Assembly: GCA_965246715.1 (NCBI GenBank)
Contig: CBDFFH010000015.1
Span: 375,279 to 439,278, forward strand
Length of the DNA stretch: 64,000 bases
Direction of reading: 5' to 3'
DNA from: Chamaesiphon sp.
GTDB lineage: Bacteria > Cyanobacteriota > Cyanobacteriia > Cyanobacteriales > Chamaesiphonaceae
In this document: piece by piece, positions 30,983 to 41,144 of the stretch
Layout: the number at the start of each line of letters is the position of its first letter
Numbering within the stretch: position 1 is the stretch's first letter
The notes under the pieces: generated by a model
What the model saw: the letters and a program-made list of their open reading frames with translations, nothing else
The model's database searches: none
What the model was told of the DNA's origin: nothing
Position numbers and translations under genes: made by a program

Positions 30983-32011
30983 ATGATTGCCGATAAACAG
31001 AATCTAATCTTTACTTTACATGGCTCGCTCTATGGCATCGGTGCGGATCTAGTAAGAGAAATCTGCTGGTTGCCTGAGTTATACTCATTAGCCACAGCAC
31101 CTTCAGATATCATTGGCATGTTTGATTGGCGATCGCGAATGTTGCCAGTCATGCATCTAGACTTGCGATTTGGGCGCAGTTTTTCTGGGTGTAATTTAAC
31201 CGATCGGGCGATCGTTGTGGAATGCCAAGGTAGTTATGTGGCGATCGTCGCACACGATGTTTTGGATGTCCAATATCTTACACCTCAACCAATCGATCGC
31301 GATCTGATTCAAGGTCGGGAAATTTCAGTTGCAAATAACTTTGTCGCTGGCATCGCGCGCTTGAATGATACTCCGGTAATTTGTCTCGATCTCGAACGTT
31401 TGATTCGGGAACCGGATGCTGCCGCTACGGTAGATAACGATTTAGTAGCCGGAGCTGATGGGGATTTTTACCGCCGTTGTTGTCCCGATGTTACTCCAAC
31501 CGATCGAGCGGTGTTTGCGAACCGTGCGCTCCAACTCAAATCCTCGATCGCGACAATTGAGACTGAGCAGGAAGAGGGAGTTTTGACAGTTCAAATCGGG
31601 ACGGAATATATCGGCATTCCGCTCGAACTCGTCGTCGATGTTGATGCACTCGATCGCTTCTCAGTTTCGCCAGTACCGCTTGCCCCTAGCCACATTCTGG
31701 GACAAACCGATTGGCGGGGCAAAGTTTTACCCATCCTCGAAATCGGGATGGTATTACAAATTTCCGCCTTACCGCGCCAGGAATTTGTAGTAATTAAAGT
31801 TAATGAAATTCTCATCGGCATTGCTGTCGATCGGATTTTTGATGTCTTGTATTTGGCTGCTTCGGAGATCGACTCGCTACCGATTTCTGTAACCAGTCAA
31901 CTTCGTAACTACTTACGCGGAGTTACCAAATACGCAGACGGCATGATGTATGTCGTCAAACTTCAGGAGTTGGTCGAACGCGAGTTTTTACCCGCTCCAA
32001 TTGCAGCATAG
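30983..32011 (+). CDS. cheW: Tandem CheW-CheW coupling protein
   Basis: Two CheW repeats (IIGMFDWRSRMLPV; ILGQTDWRGKVLPI). Confidence 0.88.
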   Translation: MIADKQNLIFTLHGSLYGIGADLVREICWLPELYSLATAPSDIIGMFDWRSRMLPVMHLDLRFGRSFSGCNLTDRAIVVECQGSYVAIVAHDVLDVQYLTPQPIDRDLIQGREISVANNFVAGIARLNDTPVICLDLERLIREPDAAATVDNDLVAGADGDFYRRCCPDVTPTDRAVFANRALQLKSSIATIETEQEEGVLTVQIGTEYIGIPLELVVDVDALDRFSVSPVPLAPSHILGQTDWRGKVLPILEIGMVLQISALPRQEFVVIKVNEILIGIAVDRIFDVLYLAASEIDSLPISVTSQLRNYLRGVTKYADGMMYVVKLQELVEREFLPAPIAA

Positions 32012-32111
32012 CAGTCAGAGCTTCACCACTGAGCGTCGCAACGTTTGTCGATGTTTTTTATGTTTATATTCTAAATTTATTTTTTTACCACCCGTCCCTT
32101 CACGAAATTGT

Positions 32112-33905
32112 ATGCCGCAAACCAATCTGTTAGCGAGAGTTAACAACCTCTCATTTAAGACTAAAGCGATCTTGCTAGCGACATTACTAGCGGTCATTCC
32201 TGTCCTCGTTACGGGAGCTTTTTCAGCATCGTTGTCTGCCAAAAACTTCCGTGACAAAGAAATCGAACAACAGCAGTCATTTGCTAGCGCACTCAGTCAG
32301 AATCTAACCCGATTTCTAGATTTGCGGAGCGTTGACATTCAAACTGTTGCTATTATCGATGCAGTTAACGATCGAACATTACTTGCCAAAACCCCTGTTG
32401 CCACGATCGAACGCCAACTCAAACTGTTTGCCGATCGCTTTAAAGTTTACGATAACATTGCTGTTCTAGATCTTCAGGGTAGACCGATCGCCGCATCCAC
32501 ATATCTCAACTTGAAATCGAATTATGGCGATCGAGACTATTTCCAAACTACTCTAGCAACTAATAAGCCGCAAATCTCGACAGTCGAAAATAATCCATCC
32601 AGCAATCGATCGGCGGTTTATTTGACAGTCCCAACATACGACAAGACTGGAAAGATCGTAGCGGTCATTCTGGCACGGATGCCGATCTCGGCGATATCCA
32701 AAGTTGCCAAAACTTTTGGCAGTGAAAGTAACAAGTGGTTTGTTGTGGATACCAATAGTCAGAAAATTATCTTGGCAACTGATGATATGCAGTCGGGACG
32801 CAATGCGGATGATTTGACTAGCTTTAAAAGCCTGGGTATTAGTAAGACCATGACGCGAGAAGATCTCAACCAATACACCAAGCGGCAACAACTAGTTTCC
32901 TATAATAAGTTGCCGCCGAGTAGTAGTGGTACTGACTTTAAGCTAGCGGCAGTGTCTGCGACCGATCTAGAGGATCTTAGCTCTCGCGAACGTCAAATCT
33001 GGATCGCTATCGGGCTAGGAACCCTCATAGCTGGAGGTTTGACTGCTGGGATTGCCTTCTTGTTGAGCGATCGCGTTACCAAGTATATCCAACGGGCGAT
33101 CGCTACGATTACCACATCTACTAATGAAATCGTCGATACGGTGCAGTTGCAAGAAGTCACAGTGAACGAACAGGCAAACTCCGCGATCGCGACTACCGAG
33201 ACGATTAACGAACTAGAAAGCATCTCCACCCAAACTGCCGAGCAAGCCTCAGCTTCGGCAACTGGAGCCAGACAAGCACTCTCACTCGCCGAAGCAGGTA
33301 CTCAGTCGGTACAACAAACCCTGCGGGGAATGTCGGGTTTGCAGGAAAGTGTCGATGAGATTGCCAACCAAGTTGTCAATCTCGGCGAACAAACCGGACA
33401 AATTACCGATGTCTCCGATCTAGTAGCAGATCTGGCGAAACAAACCAATATGCTCGCACTCAAAGCAGCGGTAGAAGCAGCACGGGTGGGCGAACAGGGG
33501 AAAGGATTTGGGGTAGTTGCTGGAGAAATTCGGAAATTAGCAGAGGAAAGTAAAAAATCAGCGCAGAAGATTAATAACTTAGCAACGGACATTCAAGCCG
33601 CAATTAACCGCACGGTGATGGTAACCGATCGCGGGACAAAAACGGTAAGAGAAGGGATCGAACTTGCCGAAAATACCGCCGCTACCTTTATCGGGGTGAC
33701 GGATGCAGTCAATAACGTGTTCTTGAACTCTCAACAAATTTCCTCTTCAGCGAAGCAACAAGCAACGGCAATTCAGCAGGTACTTGGAGCGATGACGATG
33801 ATTTCTGAGGGATCGCAAGAGAGTGCAGTCGGGATGCACAAAGTGAAAACCTCCACTAGAGAACTCAACCAAATCGCGGATGAGTTGCAAGCAGTAGTGA
33901 GTTAA
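32112..33905 (+). CDS. Methyl-accepting chemotaxis protein with Cache domain
   Basis: TM-Cache (YGDRDYFQ)-TM-signalling domain QTNMLALKAAVEAARVGEQGKGF; ATG at 32112. Confidence 0.92.
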   Translation: MPQTNLLARVNNLSFKTKAILLATLLAVIPVLVTGAFSASLSAKNFRDKEIEQQQSFASALSQNLTRFLDLRSVDIQTVAIIDAVNDRTLLAKTPVATIERQLKLFADRFKVYDNIAVLDLQGRPIAASTYLNLKSNYGDRDYFQTTLATNKPQISTVENNPSSNRSAVYLTVPTYDKTGKIVAVILARMPISAISKVAKTFGSESNKWFVVDTNSQKIILATDDMQSGRNADDLTSFKSLGISKTMTREDLNQYTKRQQLVSYNKLPPSSSGTDFKLAAVSATDLEDLSSRERQIWIAIGLGTLIAGGLTAGIAFLLSDRVTKYIQRAIATITTSTNEIVDTVQLQEVTVNEQANSAIATTETINELESISTQTAEQASASATGARQALSLAEAGTQSVQQTLRGMSGLQESVDEIANQVVNLGEQTGQITDVSDLVADLAKQTNMLALKAAVEAARVGEQGKGFGVVAGEIRKLAEESKKSAQKINNLATDIQAAINRTVMVTDRGTKTVREGIELAENTAATFIGVTDAVNNVFLNSQQISSSAKQQATAIQQVLGAMTMISEGSQESAVGMHKVKTSTRELNQIADELQAVVS

Positions 33906-34029
33906 TCAGTTGCTAGTGACTGATGGGCAGTAAAGGTTAATTACTTACACCCTACCGTGGTGTAGCCCTAGCTTATCCACATTTTAGACCAAAAACATAT
34001 CTAATCTATCAAGCACGAATACTACAATT

Positions 34030-35835
34030 ATGTTAACGACATTTAGAACTAATTTCCTAGACAAATTTAATAACCTTTCCTTGAAAACTAGAGGGATCGG
34101 TGCTGTCGTATTGCTATCGGTCTTACCAGTAGCTGCGGTTGGTAGTTTAGCATATTTCGTTTCTGCTAATAACTTGAAGAAGACAGAAGTAGAAAACCAA
34201 CAATTTTCAGCTAATACGCTTTCATCTTCCTTGACACGCTTTATCACGCTCCGTAGTAAAGATGCTCAAACAGTTGCTAATTTGCCACTATTTGAGAATA
34301 GAAAGTTCGCTCAAAGTGCCAAGGAAGCAGATAAAGAAACTTTTTTAAATGAATATCTCGATCGATTTACACTTTTTGATGGGGCGATGTTATTGGATCT
34401 CAATGGTAATCCGATCGCTCTTTCCAAAAAAGATACTCGAACCAATTATGCCGACCAAGATTATTTTCAAACTGTACTCAAAACTAATAAGCCTTATGTC
34501 AGTAAAGTTGAAATTTCTAAAATTACTAAATTACCATCAATTTTCTTTGCTGCTCCAGTTAATGATTCCGCCACAGGCCAACTCATTGCCATCGTTCGCT
34601 TGAGAATGCCACTCTCCACTTTAAAACCAATTGCCCAACCATATGGTACTAATAGTACCCAGTGGCACATTATCGATAAAAATACCAATAAATTTGTCCT
34701 CTCACTTGAAGAAAACCAAGTCGGTCGGAGTACCAGTAATTTTTCTGAATACGATCGGTTAAAAAATAGCGACAAACCTCAATCTACATTCGATATCGAT
34801 CGATTGAATAATAAAAAACAGTTAATCTCTGTTCTGAGTATACCCAAAACAGCAGATCTGGGCGATCTTAATTTGGGGATCGTCATGGCAAAAGATACAG
34901 ATACTATCGATGCTAAGGAAAGTGGAGTACTACTGATCTTAGCACTGGGGATGTTGATAACGGGGGCGATCACAACAGGCTTAGCGCTACTGTTGAGCAA
35001 CCGCGTTACCAAGTTTATCCAACAGATGGCCGAGACGATCTCCAAATCGTCGGGTGATATCGTCAATACGGTCGAAATGCAAGAAGTCACAGTCAACATG
35101 CAGGCAAACTCCGCGATCGAAACTAGTACCACAGTCAACGAACTAGGGGCGGTATCCTTCCAATCCGCCGAACAAGCCGAAGCCTCCGCTAGAGGTGCCC
35201 GTCAAGCGCTCTCGCTCGCCGAAGATGGAACGCGAGCTGTACAACAGACACTCCAAGGGATGTCGGGACTGCGGGACAAAGTAGATGCGATCGCCCAACA
35301 GATTGTCAACCTGAGCGAACAAACCGGACAGATTACGGTGGTTTCGGATCTAGTGGCAGATTTGGCAAGTCAGACGAACATGCTCGCACTTAACGCAGCA
35401 GTAGAAGCCGCCCGCGCGGGCGAACAGGGTAAGGGATTTAGTGTAGTTGCGGGTGAAATTCGGAAACTAGCCGACCAAAGTAAAAAATCTGCGGATAAAA
35501 TTAACGCCCTAGCAGAAGATATTCAAACCGCAATTAACAAGACGGTGATGGTAACCGACGAAGGAACGAAAACAGTAAACGAGGGTATCGATCTCGCCCA
35601 ATCCACCGCCGCTACCTTTGCTGGGGTAACAGACGCAATTAACAACGTGTTCTTGAACTCTCAACAGATTTCCAATAGTGCCAAACAACAAGCGGTGTCG
35701 ATTCAAGCGGTACTCAACTCGATGACCACGATCTCGCAAGGTTCGCAAGAAAGTGCGGTCGGAATGCACCAAGTGAAAATGACTACCAGAGAGTTAACAC
35801 AGGTTGCGGATGAGCTGAAGGCAGCGGTGGTCTAG
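34030..35835 (+). CDS. Methyl-accepting chemotaxis protein with Cache domain
   Basis: YADQDYFQ Cache motif; QTNMLALNAAVEAARAGEQGKGF. Confidence 0.93.
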   Translation: MLTTFRTNFLDKFNNLSLKTRGIGAVVLLSVLPVAAVGSLAYFVSANNLKKTEVENQQFSANTLSSSLTRFITLRSKDAQTVANLPLFENRKFAQSAKEADKETFLNEYLDRFTLFDGAMLLDLNGNPIALSKKDTRTNYADQDYFQTVLKTNKPYVSKVEISKITKLPSIFFAAPVNDSATGQLIAIVRLRMPLSTLKPIAQPYGTNSTQWHIIDKNTNKFVLSLEENQVGRSTSNFSEYDRLKNSDKPQSTFDIDRLNNKKQLISVLSIPKTADLGDLNLGIVMAKDTDTIDAKESGVLLILALGMLITGAITTGLALLLSNRVTKFIQQMAETISKSSGDIVNTVEMQEVTVNMQANSAIETSTTVNELGAVSFQSAEQAEASARGARQALSLAEDGTRAVQQTLQGMSGLRDKVDAIAQQIVNLSEQTGQITVVSDLVADLASQTNMLALNAAVEAARAGEQGKGFSVVAGEIRKLADQSKKSADKINALAEDIQTAINKTVMVTDEGTKTVNEGIDLAQSTAATFAGVTDAINNVFLNSQQISNSAKQQAVSIQAVLNSMTTISQGSQESAVGMHQVKMTTRELTQVADELKAAVV

Positions 35836-35839
35836 GGAA

Positions 35840-35913
35840 TAGGCTTTAGGCTTTAGGCTTTGGGCTTTAGGCTTTAGGAAATAGACTTTAGGCTTTAGGC
35901 TTTGGGCTTTAGG
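35840..35913 (+). repeat. Heptamer array (TAGGCTT)n
   Basis: About 10 imperfect units right after the MCP stop. Confidence 0.9.
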
Positions 35914-36023
35914 GATTGGGATCTGAGCTATGGATTTACTTTCGCTAACACCCAAGAGGCATTCCGCCTAAAGCATAAAGCCTTCCCATCCACTAAACCG
36001 AGAATTAACAATAGATATTAGAG

Positions 36024-36404
36024 ATGAGTGTTAGTCGTTTTCGAGAATTAAGGGCTTGGCAGTTGGGGATGGACTTAGCAGAGCGTGTCTATCTAATAAC
36101 AGATTCTTTTCCTAAGTCGGAAACTTATGGGCTGACCAGTCAGATTCGCCGCTCGGCTGTCTCGATCCCTTCTAATCTTGCGGAAGGACACGGACGAACT
36201 TCACCTAAGGAATTCTTACAGTTTATTGCTGTTGCTTTCGGCTCTATTTGCGAACTCGAAACTCAAATCTTGCTGTCTCATAGGCTGAAATATATTACTG
36301 ATGAAAATGACTTGACAACAATTTTAGTTTTATTAACTGACACGGGTAAAACGATACGAGGTTTACAAAAAGCCATCAGAGAAAGGCTAGATGACAAAGC
36401 CTAA
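36024..36404 (+). CDS. Four helix bundle protein (23S rRNA IVP-like family)
   Basis: FRELRAWQ, FPKSETYGLTSQIRRSAVSIPSNLAEG, GSICELETQ. Confidence 0.92.
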   Translation: MSVSRFRELRAWQLGMDLAERVYLITDSFPKSETYGLTSQIRRSAVSIPSNLAEGHGRTSPKEFLQFIAVAFGSICELETQILLSHRLKYITDENDLTTILVLLTDTGKTIRGLQKAIRERLDDKA

Positions 36405-36453
36405 AACCTAAAACCTAAAAAACCTAAAGCCTAAAACCTAAAGCCTAAAGCCT
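36396..36453 (+). repeat. Heptamer array (AAAGCCT/AAAACCT)n
   Basis: About 8 units, reverse complement of the 35840-35913 array; ends at the cheA ATG. Confidence 0.9.
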
Positions 36454-39242
36454 ATGTATATCGACGACGAAGAACTCCGAGGACTATACAAAACCTCAAG
36501 TGCCGAACACGTTCAGGCGATCGAGTCGGCATTGATGCAGTTGGAAAAACAGCCCCAAAATACTGCTGTAATCAAAGACCTGTTGCGCTCCGCGCACACA
36601 CTCAAGGGTGACTCGCGGATGTTGGGCGTGGAAGATGTGGAAACGCTCGTTCACCAGATCGAAGAATGTCTGATGCCGATCGAAAAAGGTCGGGTATTGA
36701 TGACGGATGAATTATCCGATCGCTTGTATCTCGGCTTAGATACGATTAAGCAATTAGCCCATACTGCGGTCACTGGCGAACCCAATGATGTCAATATGTT
36801 TTATGTATTGGCATCCTTGATGGGTGATGGTGCCGCAACTCCCGAGCCAAAAATTAAAACTCTCGATCCACTCGCCCCCCAGAAAAAAGCAGTTCGATCG
36901 TTCGACCCGGCACCAGTTTTGCTCGATTTGCCAGTAGCTGGTTGGATCGATGTCGTTGGGGAAGCAGCGTTATTCGATGAACCAATCGTTGGCACAGCAC
37001 ATCGCTCGATCGCCCCGCAGATCGTTCGCGAACCTGTGGCACCATCAGCAGCATCGCCACTCCAAGCAAGTTTCTTAGAATTAGCCGCAGAACTATTTCC
37101 TCCCGATGATTCTACGCTACCTGAATTAGAGCAGGGGGCGGTATTTAATGATTTCACCCTGATTGCTGGTACCGAAAATGCTAGGGATAGTTACGATTTC
37201 AATACTGGAACCGAAAATCTGGCTTTCTCGATCGCTGATGAATTTGCCTCGATCGGTAGTTTTGCTAGTGATGATGAGTTCGGCGCTCTGCCAGAGCTAA
37301 CTTTTGATGATGGCTTAGAAATAGTCGCCAAAGATCTGTTCTCCAGTTTTGATGACACGCTCATCCCTGACAGTAGTAATTTTTCCACATCGGAAGCTAC
37401 GCTCATCGTCGATCTCCCAGAAATCCCGCCAACTCCCATAGTGCCAGCTCCTGTCTCCAAGGAGCCATCCGCGATCGATTATCAAATCGAGACGATTCGC
37501 GTCGAGGCCAAGCAATTAGATATTTTGATGGGACAAACTGGCGAAATCAACGTTATCAACCAGCAAATCTCCAGTCGCCTAGCCGATCTTGAAGCAATCG
37601 TCGAATTCTGGGATGAGGGTAGCCGCGATTATCAAGCGCTCCAAACTTTGCTAACGCAAGTACCAGCCCAATCGCCGCTACGTCAATATCTCGGTCGCTG
37701 CGATCTCCAATGGCAGCAAATGGGATCGTTAATCTCTAAGTTTAAAAAAGCGATCGGTAGTGATAGTTCTCGATTGGATTTGGTTTCCTCAGCGCTAGAG
37801 TTAGGGGTGACTAAACTCCGACTGTTGCCGCTGGCGACGATTTTCAATCTCTTTCCTCGGATGGTGCGAGATTTAGCTAAAAACCAATCTAAGGAAATTA
37901 ATTTTACGATCGAAGGTGGTGAATTACTCCTCGATAAACGGCTCCTTGAGGAGATCAAAGACCCGTTGATGCATATTTTGCGAAATGCGATCGATCATGG
38001 CATCGAAGCGCCTACCGAACGCCAACAGCAGGGGAAATTACCTGCTGCCAACCTGACGATCCGCGTCCGTCAATCCGGAAATCAAACCACGATCGAGATC
38101 CTTGACGATGGGCGGGGTTTAGACATAAAACGGATTAAAGCGAAGGCGATCGCTAAAGGCATTCATACCGAGGCGGAACTTGCGAACATGAGTATCGAAG
38201 CGATCCAATCATTGATCTTTGCTGCTGGTTTCTCGACACGCGATCGCGTGACCGAGCTATCGGGGCGGGGTGTCGGGCTGGATATCGTGCGTACCAATGT
38301 CGAACGTCTCAAGGGTTCGGTAACGGTTAGCTCGATGCTCAATCGCGGTTGTACCTTTAGTATTCAGCTCAGTCACACGATCGGCAGTTCGCAAGTGATG
38401 ATGGTCGAGGTGCGCGATGCCATCTACGCCATCCCCGTCGAATTTGTCGATCGGATGTTGCTCCTGAACAAGGCCGAGATCTTTGCCATTGGGGGTAAGC
38501 CGACTGCCAAGATCGATGGCAACACCGTTACGGTCGCATGGTTGGCGGATATTCTCGCGCTCCCGGCGATCGCCCCGAATTTCCCTGGGGAAGTAGCACG
38601 TGCGAACAAATACCGTCTCCTGTCTGCTCCTCCAGTCGGGACAACAACAACTCGCCCTACTGGTCGATCGCATTCGCGATCGGCAGTTAGTGACGATCGA
38701 GGCGCCCCATCCCGTCCTCAAAAATGTCCCCCATCTCACTGGCTCGACAATTTTGGGCACTGGGGAAGTGTGTTTGGTACTCAATCCCCTCGAGCTATTC
38801 ACCATGAGTACGGGTGGCAAATCACTATCGCCAGCAGTAACTACCGACGACCCCACGCTCGTCTCGCTAGTAGCTGTACCGAAAATCCTGTTAGTCGAAG
38901 ACTCAATGGTGATTCGGACGCAGCTGCTGCGGATTCTGAATGCGGCGCTGGCTACCAAGTTACCACCGCGAACTGATGGCTGTGGAAGGCTGGGAAAAAC
39001 TCCAAATCGAGAAATTCGATCTTGTCGTCTCCGATGTCGAAATGCCGCGCTGGGGGGGACTAGAACTCACCCAGCAGATTCGCCAACACTATATTTACCA
39101 AGATCTCCCAGTGGTGCTGGTAACCACCTTATCGCAAGCAGCCGATCGCGATCGCGGTTTCCAGGCTGGTGCGAATGCCTATCTCACCAAAGGCGATTTC
39201 GATCAACAACTGTTGCTCGATACACTGACAAGGTTGATTTAA
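36454..39242 (+). pseudogene. cheA: CheA-REC hybrid kinase, frameshifted (real pseudogene or sequence error)
   Basis: Hpt AHTLKG, HILRNAIDHG, DDGRG, SGRGVGLD; CheW and REC domains continue in other frames after about 38605 and about 38940-38985. Confidence 0.85.
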
Positions 39243-39339
39243 TTACCGCTCTTTTAGCAGGGCAGCAATTTTAATCGCCGAATGCAGTAATCGCCACACT
39301 AACAATTTTTACCCGATCGACTTATTAAAGGTTAATACA

Positions 39340-39768
39340 ATGGCTCCTACTAAAGTTCTCTTAGTCGAAGATTCCCCCGTGGCAATGGAATTATTGCAGC
39401 GTCTATTCAAAAGTACTCCTGATGTAGAAATTGTTGGCTCTGCGCGGAACGGACAAGAGGCACTGGCGATGATTCCTCGCCTCAACCCTACCGTCATCTG
39501 TACTGACTTCCATATGGAACCCGTGGATGGTTTGGAATTAACCAAACAGGTAATGGCAAATTTCCCCCGACCGATTCTCGTCCTCAGCAATTCTGTCAAA
39601 TCCGATGACACCAAAAATGTGTTTGCACTTCTCCAAGCAGGCGTTTCCGACATTTTCCCCAAACCCCTAGGTGGTGACTATGCGGAATACGAAGCCGTCA
39701 AACAGAAGATCTTGTCTAAAATCAAACTTCTATCGGGAATGACTGTTAAAGCCAAGCCGATGAAATAG
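39340..39768 (+). CDS. Stand-alone receiver domain, duplicate of the CheB N-terminus
   Basis: MAPTKVLLVEDS...CTDFHM...IFPKP closely matches the N-terminus of 40023..41063. Confidence 0.88.
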   Translation: MAPTKVLLVEDSPVAMELLQRLFKSTPDVEIVGSARNGQEALAMIPRLNPTVICTDFHMEPVDGLELTKQVMANFPRPILVLSNSVKSDDTKNVFALLQAGVSDIFPKPLGGDYAEYEAVKQKILSKIKLLSGMTVKAKPMK

Positions 39769-39790
39769 GAAATAGGGAACAGTGAACAGT

Positions 39791-39841
39791 GAATAGATAA
39801 AGAGTTTGACACGCACCCCGTGTCAGGCTCTTTATCTATTC
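39791..39841 (+). terminator. Long hairpin (terminator or processing site)
   Basis: 23-bp stem GAATAGATAAAGAGTTTGACACG / CGTGTCAGGCTCTTTATCTATTC with two G-U pairs. Confidence 0.6.
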
Positions 39842-39931
39842 TGAATCGATCGCTAGCGATCGATCGTAACTCAGTAATATTTACTTATCCCCATTAACTA
39901 ATTATTATTGACTCAAACACTACTCAATCGC

Positions 39932-40011
39932 TATCCACTGTTCACTATTCACTGTTCACTAGTCACTATTCACTATCCACTGTTCACTGTTCACTATCCA
40001 CTATCCCCTAA
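39932..40011 (+). repeat. Heptamer array (CTGTTCA/CTATCCA/CTATTCA)n
   Basis: About 11 units before the cheB start; complementary to GGGAACAGTGAACAGTGAATAG at about 39775-39796. Confidence 0.9.
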
Positions 40012-40022
40012 CTGCATCACCA

Positions 40023-41063
40023 ATGGCTCCCATCAAAGTCCTTCTCGTTGAAGATTCGCTCATTGCACTGGAACTGCTGCAACGCTTATTGAAAAGTAGC
40101 GCTGAAGTAGAAGTTGTTGGCACGGCACGAAACGGACAGGAGGCGCTAGTCAAGATTCCCCAAGTCAAGCCAGATGTGATTTGTACCGATTTGCACATGG
40201 CTCCGATCGATGGTTTGGAACTAACCAAACAGGTGATGGCAGATTTTCCGCGACCGATTTTAGTAATTAGTAATTCAGTTCAAGAAGACGATACCAAAAA
40301 TATCTTTGGACTGCTCCAAGCAGGGGCGGTAGATATTTTCCCCAAACCCACCAGTGGGGACTACAAAGAATACGAGCGAGTCAAAGATCGGTTGCTTGCC
40401 AAAATTAAAATGCTGTCGCAGGTAAGTGTCAAAGCTAAATCTAGCATGACAGACCACTCCACTAGTTTCAGACTAGCTGCCAATGATGCTGGGACGCTGC
40501 GCGCGATCGCGATCGGGGCATCGACAGGTGGCCCCCAAGCGATTCACAAGATCGTCACCTCACTCCCAGCCGATCTACCCGTACCGATAATTTGCGCCCA
40601 ACACATCGGTGATGGATTTTTGTCAGGCTTGATTAGCTGGTTGAAGGAGGACTCACAACTAACCGTCAAGGTCGCCCAAATCGGTGAAACTCCAGCACCG
40701 AAAACAGTCTATTTTGCTCCAGAAAAAGCGCACTTAGAATTTGACGCTCAGGGCAAGTTTATCTACAGCAACTTTACCGCATCTACAGGTACCTGTCCGT
40801 CGATCGATGTCCTCTTTCGCGCGATCGCTCGCGTTTACGGTCGTGCGAGTGCGAGTATCCTCCTCACTGGGATGGGTACCGATGGTACCGCTGGTACTGA
40901 GGCAATCGCCGCTGTGGGCGGGATGACCATCGCTCAAGACGAACAAAGCTGTCTCGTCTTCGGCATGTCCAAACTCGCGATCGCGACTGGTAAAGTCCAG
41001 CATACGCTCAATCTATCGGAAATCGCACCTTTTTTAGTTGCGAAGATTTCCGGAGAGGGATAG
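40023..41063 (+). CDS. cheB: Chemotaxis protein-glutamate methylesterase (REC plus esterase)
   Basis: Catalytic GASTGG, QH and TGMGxDG motifs intact. Confidence 0.93.
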   Translation: MAPIKVLLVEDSLIALELLQRLLKSSAEVEVVGTARNGQEALVKIPQVKPDVICTDLHMAPIDGLELTKQVMADFPRPILVISNSVQEDDTKNIFGLLQAGAVDIFPKPTSGDYKEYERVKDRLLAKIKMLSQVSVKAKSSMTDHSTSFRLAANDAGTLRAIAIGASTGGPQAIHKIVTSLPADLPVPIICAQHIGDGFLSGLISWLKEDSQLTVKVAQIGETPAPKTVYFAPEKAHLEFDAQGKFIYSNFTASTGTCPSIDVLFRAIARVYGRASASILLTGMGTDGTAGTEAIAAVGGMTIAQDEQSCLVFGMSKLAIATGKVQHTLNLSEIAPFLVAKISGEG

Positions 41064-41144
41064 GGGGATAGAGACCTGTTACTAGTAGAAGGTTTACTCC
41101 TAAAATAAATCATCCAGGAATTCAGCAACGCCCACACTTTAACC

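Noticed and set aside
36024..36404. Diversity-generating retroelement (Avd-like fold)
   Set aside because: No reverse transcriptase and no template/variable repeat pair differing at adenines seen in the window
38257..38958. 233-aa minus-strand ORF
   Set aside because: Antisense to cheA; no independent coding evidence
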